A stretch of DNA of 63,865 nt, the filler included, from Circinaria calcarea (Eukaryota): the NCBI GenBank assembly GCA_051942165.1. It is 3 parts of 3 records of this genome, joined end to end, with 100 filler letters (N's around TTAATTAATTAA, not from the genome) between each part and the next. Parts side by side here need not be neighbours in the genome. Positions count along the whole stretch, not along the records: positions 22,044 to 43,859 come from JAVECS010000137.1; positions 43,960 to 63,865 come from JAVECS010000187.1; 1 more part is not named here. The stretch is one strand, 5' to 3'. Position numbers and translations under genes: made by a program. Below the pieces are notes generated by a model. That model searched no databases. It was given only the letters and a program-made list of their open reading frames with translations, and was not told the DNA's origin. This document shows positions 37,459 to 48,970 of this stretch, one piece after another; the stretch's first letter is position 1, and each line of letters begins with the position of its first letter.

Positions 37459-38190
37459 TGTATTCCTGCAATGCACTACGTTCAAGGATCATAGAATTTC
37501 TGCATGTTCATGTAACTAGGTAAGAGCCAGAGAGTTCGCTAAAATACTGGTTGGCTTACGTAAGCCCTAACAACGTAATTAAAAAACCCTTCGGATGGAA
37601 ATGGACTAGATCATGGCCGGTGACTGATTGGCATTTCTTGCGCTTGTGCTGAGATGCGGGTCCAATCTTCATCAGGGGTGAGGTGGTTCGTCGAACTTAG
37701 CTTGCATTGATCTAGCTGTAGTTATGCGGTTAAGATATCCTGGGTTCATGCGCTATAACCTACGCGGGCGGGTCAAACTGGAGCCGTAACCGAGGATTGT
37801 CTCAGAAACTCAGACTGCTTTTGCTTCGCTGCCGCGTATTTTTCGGAATGGCTGTATGTAGTTAGTAGATGCTAAAAATAGCGTGCGCGCGAAAAAGGTT
37901 TACATAATATCGGATCGGAAAAACCTTTTCAAGCGAAGCTAGTACGAAAGAAGTCTGAGGCCTCCGGAGTTTACGGAGGTGGCACTGAGGCAAACCGAGG
38001 ACTCCGGACGATCTGCTGACGTAATCCCAGTCTTGGTCCCGGTCCCGGTAGCTGTACTTAACCCACGCGAGCCTGCTGTATTCTTGCAATGCACTACGTT
38101 CAAGGATCTCGGAATTTCTGCATGTTCCAGCGACTAGGTAAGAGCAAGAGAGTTCGCTAAAATACTGGTCGGCTTACGTAAGCCCCAACA
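37459..38190 (+). promoter_or_regulatory. Duplicated ~114-bp upstream segment (37459-37572, 38077-38190), each with palindrome GGCTTACGTAAGCC
   Basis: Direct repeat tgtattc.tgcaatgcactacgttcaaggatc...gttcgctaaaatactggt.ggcttacgtaagccc, ending 79 bp before the ABC transporter ATG. The regulatory role is inferred. Confidence 0.55.
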
Positions 38191-38268
38191 CTGCTCTTTC
38201 TTCCCTTACCCGTCAACAACAACAACTACAACCCATCAGGAGGCTATCGTCACCAAATAGCTGTCCAT

Positions 38269-41200
38269 ATGGATAAAAATGCAGACGCAGTCGAAGGTAA
38301 GACCGCCAATGCCGAATCTCCCCCGGGTCAAGACAACAAAACAGAAGAACCTGGCTCTGCAAGCTTCAAAAGTTACCTGGTACGTGATGCATGTTCAGAG
38401 ACTCCCTGTTCCGCTCCTGATCGTCGACCAGCGACTCTTCACCTACGCGGATCCCCTATCATGGACTCTGAACGTCATCGCCTTGATGGCCATACTTGGA
38501 GCTGGAGCTTCTTTGCCATTGTTGGATTTCGTTCTCGGAAAGACCGTCACGACTTTCAACAATTTCCAGACGGGCTCAGTTGATCCTGCAAAGTTTCGTT
38601 CCGAGGCCGCGAAATGGGCGTACGTTAACGCGCAACCCTTTACTTTCTCGAAACTCATCGATTTCCAGGCTTGTCATTGTGTACCTCTTCATCGGGCGAT
38701 TTGTCCTCGCTTATATCTGGGCTGTAATTTTTCCATCCATTGACGCAACTCCAACTGACACCAGAAGTTTTGCTTGAACCTTTCAGCTCTACGAACAACC
38801 AAAGCGTTCCGAACGCACTTTCTCAAGCAAACTCTACGCCAAGATATTAGTTTCTTTGACAGCAGTAGCGACTCGGTCTCCGTGCAAGTGACGACGAATG
38901 GCAACCTTGTCCACACCGGAATCTCTGAGAAGCTGGGCCTCATTCTTCAAGCTACAGCCACATTTGTTGCAGCCTTTGTAGTGGCGTTTGTTGTTAATTG
39001 GAAATTGACTTTCATCGTCGTTGCTGTCGTGCCAACCATCGTGGTAGCCCTCTTCATTAACCTGTGGGTCGACACCAAGCAGGAGGGCCGCATCCTCGAC
39101 TTTTATGCAAGAGCAGGGAAGCTTGCGGAGGAGGTTATCGGAAGCATACGGACAGTTCATGCCTTCTGGGCACACCCACCGTTGACAGCCAAGTACGAGG
39201 CTGTATTGGACCGAGCTTTCAAGCAGGGGAAAAGAAAAAGCTTGAATTGGGGCGTGCTATATATGGTTGAGTTTTTTTCGATCTATTCCGGTTATGCTCT
39301 TGCTTTTTGGCAGGGTATTCGTCTATATGTCAGTGGCGAAATAGCTGAGCCTGGTGAAGTTGTGACGTAAATTCTCCAGTCCTGCTGAAAGAATATTGCA
39401 GGATCGAACACTAATTACTTTCACAGGGTTATTTTTGCCGTAATCCTTGCCGCACAAGCGGTCACAGCGCTTGTTCCTCAGTTGATGCACGTCACGAAAG
39501 CAGCCTCAGCCGCCGACAGTTTGTTTCGTACAATCGATCGAGAAAGTCTAATCGATCCTATGTCTAAAAGTGGCGAGCACCCCGCCGACTGTAAAGGACA
39601 CATTGAGGTAGAAGATATTTACTTCAACTACCCTACCCGACCAGATGTAAAAGTTCTCCAAGGGCTCAATATTACAATCCCGGCAAACAAGACCACGGCG
39701 CTTGTCGGCGCAAGTGGTTCGGGAAAGAGCACGATCATTGGCTTACTCGAGCGGTGGTATAATCCCTTGAGTGGCAATATCCTTCTAGACGGCAAGAAAA
39801 TAGATGAGCTGAACGTGGCCTGGTTGAGGACAAATATACGACTGGTGCAGCAGGTAAGACCCAGATGCTGGCTGTCCAGACCGAGAGGCTCACATCCACT
39901 ACCAGGAACCCGTGCTCTTTATGGGCTCGATCTTTCAGAACGTTTCTTATGGCTTGGTCGGCACTGAATGGGAGAACGCATCCGAAGAAAAGCAAATGAA
40001 GCTGGTGGAGGAAGCTTGCAAAGCTGCATATGCCCATGACTTCGTCCAGACGCTACCGGAGGTCAGATTTTTCCAGCCGCGTTGTAATATGATCTAAAAT
40101 TGGTGTAGGGATATCAAACGCAAGTTGGTGAGAGGGCTGGCCGACTGTCTGGTGGGCAGAAACAGCGCATTGCCATTGCTCGTAGTATCATTTCTAACCC
40201 GAAAGTCCTTCTCCTGGACGAAGCCACTTCAGCACTGGATCCGAAAGCTGAAGCTATCGTGCAAGAAGCCCTTGACAACGTTTCAGCGGAGCGCACGACC
40301 CTTATCATCGCCCACAAGCTCTCTACCGTCCGCAAGGCACACAACATTGCCGTCATGGCGAAGGGAGCCGTGATTGAGCAGGGCACGCACGAAGAACTTC
40401 TGAAAAAGAACGGAGCCTACGCCCGCCTTGTGAATGCGCAGAGTCTTGATAATCGGCAAAATCAGGACGAGGAGCCCGAGAAACAGGACTCCGATGCTGC
40501 TGAAGAAGAAAAGCCATTGGACCGAGCCACGACTACGAGGAGTGAGGGGCCCGTAGACGAAGCGCCAGAAGAAACTAAGCCAACTATGGGCTATGGATTA
40601 TCCAAAATTCTTTGGATCATCGTGTCGACAAATCCACAGCTTTGGTGGAAATTCGCGATTATGGGGTCGGCTGCCGCTTTGGCGGGTGAGTGCTCCCGTG
40701 TAAAAGGTCATGAACGCATATCATGGATTAATTCGCTATAGGTGGAGGATTTCCTGCATCGGCTGTTTTATTTGCTAGGGTGTTGAACGCATTCACACTT
40801 CCTATAGGCGAAGAAATGGTGGAACAAGGCGATTTTTACAGTCTGATGTTTTTCGTGGTCGCGCTTACCATTCTAGTCGTCTACTTCCTCTTCGGGTTCT
40901 ACACGAATGAAGTTTCTCAAGTAAGTATACTGCTACTGCTTTCCTCGAAACAATATCCTAATTACTTAAGTTTCTTACCCGCGATACTCGGGTCGGCATG
41001 TTCAAAGATATAATACGTCAAGACATGTCTTTCTTTGACAAGCCCGAAAACGCAACCGGTGGCCTGGTTTCCAAGCTTTCTAGCTCCCCTACACAGATCC
41101 AGGAGTTGATAATCAGTGTTGGGGTACTGACAACAAGTGTGGTTAGTGTCCTCGCCAGTAGTGTTCTTGCCATCGCCACGGCTTGGAAGCTTGGTCTTGT

Positions 41201-42566
41201 TATAGTGTTTGGAGGCTTACCAGTTATGATCTCTGCGGGGTACATCCGAATTCGGCTGGAAGCTTCCTTGGACGATTCTACCCACCAAAAATTCGCAGAC
41301 AGTGCGGCTCTCGCCGGAGAGTCCGTATCAGCTATCCGGACAATTGCATCTCTGAGCTTGGAGAAGAGCATCTTATCCCGCTATGAAGCGCGACTTGCGA
41401 CAATTGAACAGAAGTCCGTCCGAAGTCTTGTCTGGTCGCTGTTCTGGTTCTCTATCACGCAGTCGGTAAATTTTTTGTTCATGGCACTTGGATTCTGGTA
41501 AGTCTTGCCGGCCTATTTGCAAGCTTTCATCTACTTCAGTCATTCTTACTGACCATCGCGCAGGTACGGTGCACGCCTCCTTTCATTTCACGAAATCAGT
41601 CTTACGCAATTCTACACGACCTTCATTTCGGTACTGTTCTGTGGTGAAGCAGCTTCATACTACTTTACCTACACTACAAGTCTATCTCAAGCGCGCGGCG
41701 CCGCAAACTATGTGTTCTGGCTGCAAGCCCAGACCCCGTCGATTCGCGAAGACCCTGACAGCTCAGCATCGCTAAATTCCGATAGCGAAGGCGGGAAGCA
41801 TTCGGGCGCAGACATTGGAGCATCTGATGTCAAGTTCTCGTATCCTCAACGGCCCTCACTCAAGATCCTGCGGGGTATATCCCTTCATGCACATCGTGGC
41901 CAATCTATTGCGATGGTTGGTCCCTCAGGCTGTGGCAAAAGTACCATGATTTCTCTCCTCGAGCGATTCTACGATCCAACTGGCGGACAAATCATCTATA
42001 ACAAAACCCCAATATACGAGCTTTGCCCACGTGTCTACCGCTCACGTATCTCACTCGTGCAACAAGAGCCTACCTTATATTCTTTCACCCTCAGAGAGAA
42101 CATATCGCTTGGGTCCTCGGACCCTTCCAGCGTCACCGAAGCTGACATCCAAGATGCGTGTCGCAAAGCCAACATCCACGTATTTATTTCGTCGCTCCCC
42201 GAAGGTCTCAACACTCCTGTCGGAGCCGGTGGCTCAGCGCTATCGGGCGGTCAACGTCAGCGTGTCGCCATTGCACGTGCCCTTTTACGGAAACCGCAAT
42301 TGCTGCTTCTTGACGAGGCGACTTCGGCCCTAGACACCGAGTCTGAAAAGGTCGTCCAGACGGCACTGGACGAGAGCAAGAAGAAAGAGGGTTGCACTAC
42401 AGTCGCTGTTGCGCACAGATTAAGTACAATCAAGGACTTCGACTGTATCTATGTCTTCCAGAGCGGGAATATCGTTGAGTCGGGAACGCATGCGGAGCTC
42501 ATTGAGAAGAGAGACGTGTACTATCAGATGTGTCTTGGACAAGGACTGGATAGAGCGGTCGAGTAA
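38269..42566 (+). CDS. Full-length ABCB (MDR/P-glycoprotein-type) transporter
   Basis: Multi-exon TMD-NBD-TMD-NBD layout. Walker [10 protein letters not shown] and GPSGCGKST, signatures [13 protein letters not shown] and [13 protein letters not shown], and [11 protein letters not shown] twice. Confidence 0.95.
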
Positions 42567-42894
42567 TGTTGTGAAAGCAGATGAGGAATTCTTGCATTCT
42601 CTGGGATAAGGGTTCCGCTTGCTAGTAATGTATGACTATAAAAATAGCTGAAACCACCAGGTTCTGAGACCACCCTTGACTCCCTCTCGTTTTTGATGGC
42701 CCCTGCTGACATCTGTATTGTGCGCTGGGATCTGAATTGATCCTCTGTATACAGTATAGCAGAACAGCTTTTTAGAACGCGCTGACGTGTGGTTGCGGGT
42801 TCCTCTTCTGGACCCCAGCAAGACTCTATACTGGGACCAATCTGTGTCCGTTCTCTAGTTCCCATTTCCTGGCTCCGCCCGAATTTTAAACAGA

Positions 42895-43700
42895 TCACTC
42901 TCGGGTGTCTCTTTTCGCGTCGCCGAGGGGGATTCGTTGTACCTCCGCTGCGAGGAGCGTCATGAAAGCCATCGAGGTGTCGACGGCAAGTATGGTGTTT
43001 GGACGGCGACGCGCGTCGCAATCGGAGCAGGCGTATAGCAGGGTATGCTCGTCGGAGTGTCCAAGCCGGCGCATTGGGCCTGGAATACGACCTTCCATCG
43101 CTTTGCTGAAGGGAGGATGCGGGACAGAACGAGTCATCGACTCGGTGACGGCGAAGGGCCGACGCGGGGAAGGCGATGTAGGTTATTGTAGACTGACAAC
43201 AGTCGCATTACAAGCTTCGCTTAGAGCAAGCGGTAGGATTTGTATTAAACAAATATAGATTTCGTGGTGTACGTGAGCATTGAGTGAATGCCCATAACAC
43301 GCTGACAAGAATTTAACTGGATCAACCTCGGCACGACTTCTCAGCTAAACATGTGTCTCCGCTGCGAAGAAAGGCCCTAAATATACAAGATGGCCCTGGA
43401 TATCATTGCCGGTTCTTGCTCTTAATACCAGCAAGATCAAATTCTAGGTTTCAGTAAGCTTTTATTTCCCGCTTTTAGCCTGCCTATTTCCGCTCAAATC
43501 CTGAATGTATCATCCTCGAGTGTCTATTTTAGCATCGCCGAAAGGGGTTCGTCGTGGCTCCGCTGCGGAGAGACGTCGTCAGCGCTATCGAGGTGTTGAC
43601 GGCGAGTAATTAGGCGGTAATAGATATCCATCACAATCAGGGCAGGCGTGTAACAGGTGGTGATCGTGGGACGATTCAGGTCATCGCATTATTCAAAGAA
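42895..43700 (-). pseudogene. Two diverged remnants of the same small CxxC-containing coding fragment
   Basis: HTLLYACSDCD...LAAEVQRIPLGDAKRDTR (42895-43090) corresponds to HHLLHACPDCD...SAAEPRRTPFGDAKIDTR (~43510-43690); the second copy has stops. Confidence 0.5.
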
Positions 43701-43859
43701 ATAATAGTAATACTCAGCAACTTCGGTCGTGGTCGAGGTTACGATTTAAATAATAGACTTTTAACGCCTTGGCGATTACGATAATAAATTATAATAAATA
43801 TAATAAACCTCGCTTAATAATCTATATTTCAATATTAAATAATAATATAATTTTATATA

Positions 43860-43959
43860 NNNNNNNNNNNNNNNNNNNNNNNNNNNNNNNNNNNNNNNNN
43901 NNNTTAATTAATTAANNNNNNNNNNNNNNNNNNNNNNNNNNNNNNNNNNNNNNNNNNNN
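43860..43959. other. Assembly gap / artificial contig spacer
   Basis: N-run with TTAATTAATTAA, preceded by AT-rich degraded sequence (43690-43859). Confidence 0.97.
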
Positions 43960-45872
43960 TCGGGAAAGCGGTAGAGGACATCAACGCCTTTGGCGCGAGC
44001 AAAGTCGACCGCATCGCTGCTGACCGACGTACAATAAGTCAGATTCAGCTTCTCCAGGCGATCCCCCGGTTTGAGAACCAAGGCCTTGACGCCTACGCCC
44101 GTGATTCCCGTGGTCGCTAGGTCGAGAATCTTAAGCCGTGGAAGTTTCTCCGCGATGAGCTCGGCGATTGTGTCATCGATACTCGAATTGCGGAAGCTCA
44201 GTTCGGTGACTTCGGTTAGATAGCCATCCTGTACGAGGGAGGAAATGTCATCTACTACAATGCAATACACTAAGCTTAATTTCTTGAGCAGGCCTTTACC
44301 GGGCCCGAGCAGAGCTTGTAGATCTTCGTAGCTGAATGGCCTTGTCATAGAGGAAGAAAAAGAGTGCAAATCCTGCAGATTCGTATCTTTGATATTTGCT
44401 TGGCTGACTTCAGAATCGCAATTTGTTGAGCAGCATTCCGTCAAATCCAAACTCCGCAAAGAAGACGGTATCCTGGGGAAATCTTGCATTGCAGCAAGAC
44501 TAAGGACCTCTAAATGAGTGAGGACGGAGAAATTGGGTTCGATTGATCCTCTGCCATAGCTTGTCCAGTTCAATAAGCTCAACTCACGAAGGTTAGGAGC
44601 TTTCTCGAATAGGGCAACCTAGAGACATTAGCCAGCGAGAGGAGGAAAGGGCAATTACAGAATACGAACCAAATTCAGGGATATTACTGCAAGATCTTGG
44701 GTCTTAACAGCGTCCAACTTCAGTACACGGAGTGTGGATAGATCACTTCGCCATTCAGGCTTAATACCCCTTGGTGTTGTGGAGTGGAATTCCGCCCGCT
44801 CCAGAGTACGACATTGAGCAAGTAGTTGGGTGACCAAGTCGAGTGAAGTCTCATGTGCGCGACCAATGATCAACGTCGTAAGTTTCGGGGCCAGAGACAC
44901 TGCCTTTAGTAACGAAGCATTGCTGGCGCCGTCTCGAAGCTCAAGATACTCTAGCGCTTTGCAGCGGCCGGTGATATACTTGAGTAATTCACTGTTCGTA
45001 TTGTAGTATTCAAACCGCGATAAGGTCGCCCGTGTTAATTTTCCCTGGGACCGTTTAACGCACTCTCTGATAGCACTCTGGCGGACATTCTTCTTTGCGT
45101 TGGATAGGTCAAGATGACGCCAAAGACTCGGTATTGACTCAATAATCTGCTTCCATGACTTCGAGACGCGAAGAAGACCTCTAGAGATAGATCAGAATCG
45201 CGTGTGGCGTTCTCATGAGGACACTGTCTTACACAAGATTGTTGAAACTCAAGTAGCGGATTACCATTTCAGCAAGCTCAAGAGGCAGTGCTTGAAGTGG
45301 ATCGATTGCTTTGGGTGGCATGCAGCTTGCTGCCAGCTTATCGTGCATGCCTCGAAGAAGCTATGCTTCATCGTCAGGCCTACCTTATTTACCCCGTCTA
45401 GGATATGAGTAGAGTACCTTTATGTTTGCATGACTGATTGGAACGTTCTTCAGCCCGTATCGATATATTTTCAGGGCCACCTCATCTTCGCCCATCAACT
45501 TCAGTATCACCCCTGTCCGGAGATAGCCCTACACTCTATTAGCCAAACACGATACTTCTCGTAATCTCCTTATTGAGATCCCCATACCGAAACCTCTGCC
45601 TTTTCCTTGTGTATCATCCGTTTACCATCGCGCAAAGCGGACTGCAGATCCCCAAGCTTTGTGTACGTTGCAGCGCGATTGTCCCAGATACTCAAGGGAG
45701 GATCTGCATCTTCCAGAATGGCCTAGGAGGTAAACTGGTGAGCAATCTGTAGACTCCATTGCGTAAACAGGAACATGCTCACGGCGTTGAAGCAATCCAA
45801 TGCCGCCTTGTAGTCCTTTGCCCGATATAATTCTTGCCCACGCTTCTGCCTTCTATCAATAGGCCCTTCCAT
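43960..45872 (-). CDS. TPR + F-box + LRR protein (Pof3/Dia2-like SCF adaptor), 3' end in gap
   Basis: TPR-like GQELYRAKDYKAALDCF, ILDNRAA-type WDNRAATYTKLG and GYLRTG. F-box-like LPLELAEMVIRYL...LRVSKSWKQI...LWRHLDLS. C-terminal LRRs LKILDLATTGITGVGVKALV. Multiple introns. Confidence 0.85.
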
Positions 45873-46064
45873 TGAGCTGACCAGCCAAATCGACAGCTTT
45901 TCTTTTGTAAGGTGACTTTACGTGGAAATAGCGGTGGCTGCCCGACTCGACGCGAATCGCGCTTCATCGGAAAATCACAAATCCTGCCCCAAAATCTCAA
46001 CATCAAACCATTAACAGTACCTAAAACCTTTCTCGAACCAGCCTTCCTCCCTCCCAAAACAAAA

Positions 46065-46953
46065 ATGCCCCTCGACACCTCCACCTACACCCTCGCGCTC
46101 CTCCGCCTCGACGGCCGCCGCTGGAATGAGCTGCGCCGCCTGCACGCCCAAATCAGCACCCAAGCCGCCGCCGACGGCTCCTCCTACCTCGAAATGGGTA
46201 ACACCAAGGTCATCTGCACCGTCGCGGGGCCCGCCGAGGGAAGACGAACTGGGGGCGGGGTAGGGGCAGACGGGGACGCGACCGTGCAGGTGGAGATTGG
46301 GATCGCGGGGTTTAGCGGGGTGGAGAGGAAGCGGAAGGGCAAGGGGGATAAGTGAGTCCCTATTCCTGTTCCTTTGCCTCACAATTACGGTACGGGTTAT
46401 CTTTGAAGGGGGGACAGTGGGCTTGGAAGGAAGAGAGGACTGACGACTGGATTTGGTTTCCATGGGAGCGTGTAGACGGACGTCGGAGATGCAGACGACC
46501 ATCGCCAATGCTTTCACAAGTACATTGTTTACCCACCTCTATCCGCATTCTACCATTACGATTTCGCTGCATATACTCGCGCAAGACGGCTCCCTACTGG
46601 CAGCCTGCTTGAATGCGGCAACCTTGGCGCTCATCGACGCCGGAATTCCAATGTCCGATTATATTGTCGCTTGCACGTCCGGTTCGACGTCCTCATATAC
46701 CAGTAATGACGAGAGTGCAGACCCATTGCTCGATCTCAATGGCATGGAGGAGCAGGAGTTACCGTATCTGACTGTCGGAACGCTCGGTGCTGGGGAGAAG
46801 GTTAGTGTTCTAGTGATGGAGACAAGAGTACAGATTGGGAGATTAGAAGGTATGCTAGCGGTGGGGGTAGATGGGTGTAAACAGGTTAAGGAGATATTGG
46901 ATCAAGTAGTCAGGAGGCAGGGAAAACACATATTGGAGAGTGCAGTTAGCTGA
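46065..46953 (+). CDS. RRP41: Exosome complex RNase PH subunit Rrp41/Ski6
   Basis: Motifs LRLDGRRWNELR, ADGSSYLEMGNTKVICTVAGP and QDGSLLAACLNAATLALIDAGIPM; one intron. Confidence 0.95.
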
Positions 46954-47161
46954 GAACAGTTGCCATGAGGTCCGGCATGCAACCTAGAATGACAGCACGT
47001 GAACCTCAATAGAAGACCAGTATTTCAGAGCTAGATAATGGAGTAATCTTTGCTTTTGCCAGTCTCTAGATAGCCGTTGTCTCCTTTCCTACACCAGGGT
47101 TTGCTGCCAATACGGATCTTCTCAACCGCCAAAGGCCGCAGGGTACTACACTGCCCATCCC

Positions 47162-48175
47162 CTACAATTCATCGGCGGCGGTGATAGTGGGTGGCTGCGA
47201 GTACCTGGTCTTGCCAGAGTCGGTTCCGGTAGCCTCGATAGCCTTCACCACTTTCATGGACTGGTCATCGGCGACCTCTCCAAAAACGACATGCTTGCCA
47301 TCGAGCCAACTACAGCATGTTGTTATTATTGCACAGGTTCTCCGAGCAGGGTCAACGACTTACGATGTGACGACAGTGGTGATGAAGAACTGAATTCGAG
47401 GTTAGCACGCATCTATAAAAATAACTAGAAGAGGGAGAAATGTCTTGGGAGCGTACCTGGGAACCGTTGCTATGAATATTCAGGTTAGTGGGTTCTGCGT
47501 AACACAATTGTCCAGAAGGCAAGGCTTACGTGTTTGGTCCAGCGTTAGCCATTGAGAGCAGACCTGGCTTTGTGTGCTTGATTTGGAAGTTCTCGTCTGC
47601 AAACTTCTCGCCGTAAATCGACTTTCCGCCAGTTCCCTGAACAAGAAGGTCAGCATCGCCGAGGTGAGACCTGCAATGCCGTTGGTGTCCGTCTTACGTT
47701 GTGGCGGGTAAAGTCTCCACCCTGGAGCATGAAATTGGGAATCACGCGGTGGAAGGTCGACTTTGCATAGCCGTAGCCCTCCTTACCGGTACACAGGGTG
47801 CGGAAGTTCTTGGTAGTCTTTGGGACTACATCGTCGTAGAGCTTAAAGTTGATGCGGCCCGTTTGATCTGTATCGGGGTCAGTAACGGTGCCCTCTCGAG
47901 TCGATTAGATTGGCGGAGTGATGGGAGGCAATGGGATTGGTGTCGAGTATTGCCCCTCCATGCCCGTGGTACGTACTTTTAACCTCCTTGGTCGGTTTGT
48001 TGTTGGCATCAAGCACGGGTCCCTGCCAGGAGACGTCAAAGTAACAACCGCTCATGATTGCTGGTGATTGATGAAAGTTTCTGAGGATGGATGGTTGGAA
48101 GAGTCGAGGAAGTTGCTGAAACGAGGGGGGGAGTGTTGAGATCCCTCGAGCTGAAATAGTAGTGCGGGGCAACAT
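47162..48175 (-). CDS. Cyclophilin-type peptidyl-prolyl isomerase with N-terminal mitochondrial presequence
   Basis: Motifs [78 protein letters not shown]. Microexons at 47457-47469 and 47364-47389. Confidence 0.95.
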
Positions 48176-48970
48176 CTACTACGGTGGTCAACCAACCCCG
48201 CCAGGGCGGAACGAGGAATCAGCCCCTTGGACGCTGCAGGAATTGCATCTCACCTTATTCGAACCGGAAAGGCGGTCAGAAGCCGAGCCCCTCGAAGAAT
48301 AAAATGCAAGCTGGCTGGATCCGAGGAAACGCTGCCAATATCCTCGTCCGAGTCGACTCTCTCGCTGCTCACTCTGAAGCCGCCGGGGACGTAAGGGGGT
48401 GTATAAAGGGTAGGAGTCTGGAGCAATAGAACCGTACAGTTACACCAATGGGAGAAAGCAACCCGCTTCGGCAATGCAGCAGCTCTCAATCCTTTTCTAC
48501 CCGTCGAGACGGAGGACGAATGTTGACGCTGAAGACTCTGCCGCGAAAGGGGCAAAGATCTGACGCAGGGTATGGAAATGAGCGGCTTAACCCGATTGGA
48601 TCTCGACTCTTCAGACCCCGGCGAGAGTGATGTTAGGATTACATAAAGAGGACCCTTCCTGCGAGCGGTTGAGGGAATGCTCGAATTTGGCCCAGTGGGC
48701 GAAGCATGTGGTTGGTATATAGTCTACCTTCTAACTTCTAACCTCTAGGTGTCCTTCTAACTTCATAGCCTCATATGTCAACGGTTGCGCCCGCCGACTG
48801 GAAGGGCACGTATGTACAGGGGCTTGAGGCTATCGAGGTCCCAAAGCAATCACTGACTCCATGCACCTGGTTGTACGCCCACCGTTTCATGCTTTGTATG
48901 TACAAGTCGAATGGGGCCTACGGAGGAGAAGAAACCAAATTGTAGACTCGATGGAGTTTGCGGCCTCCGT

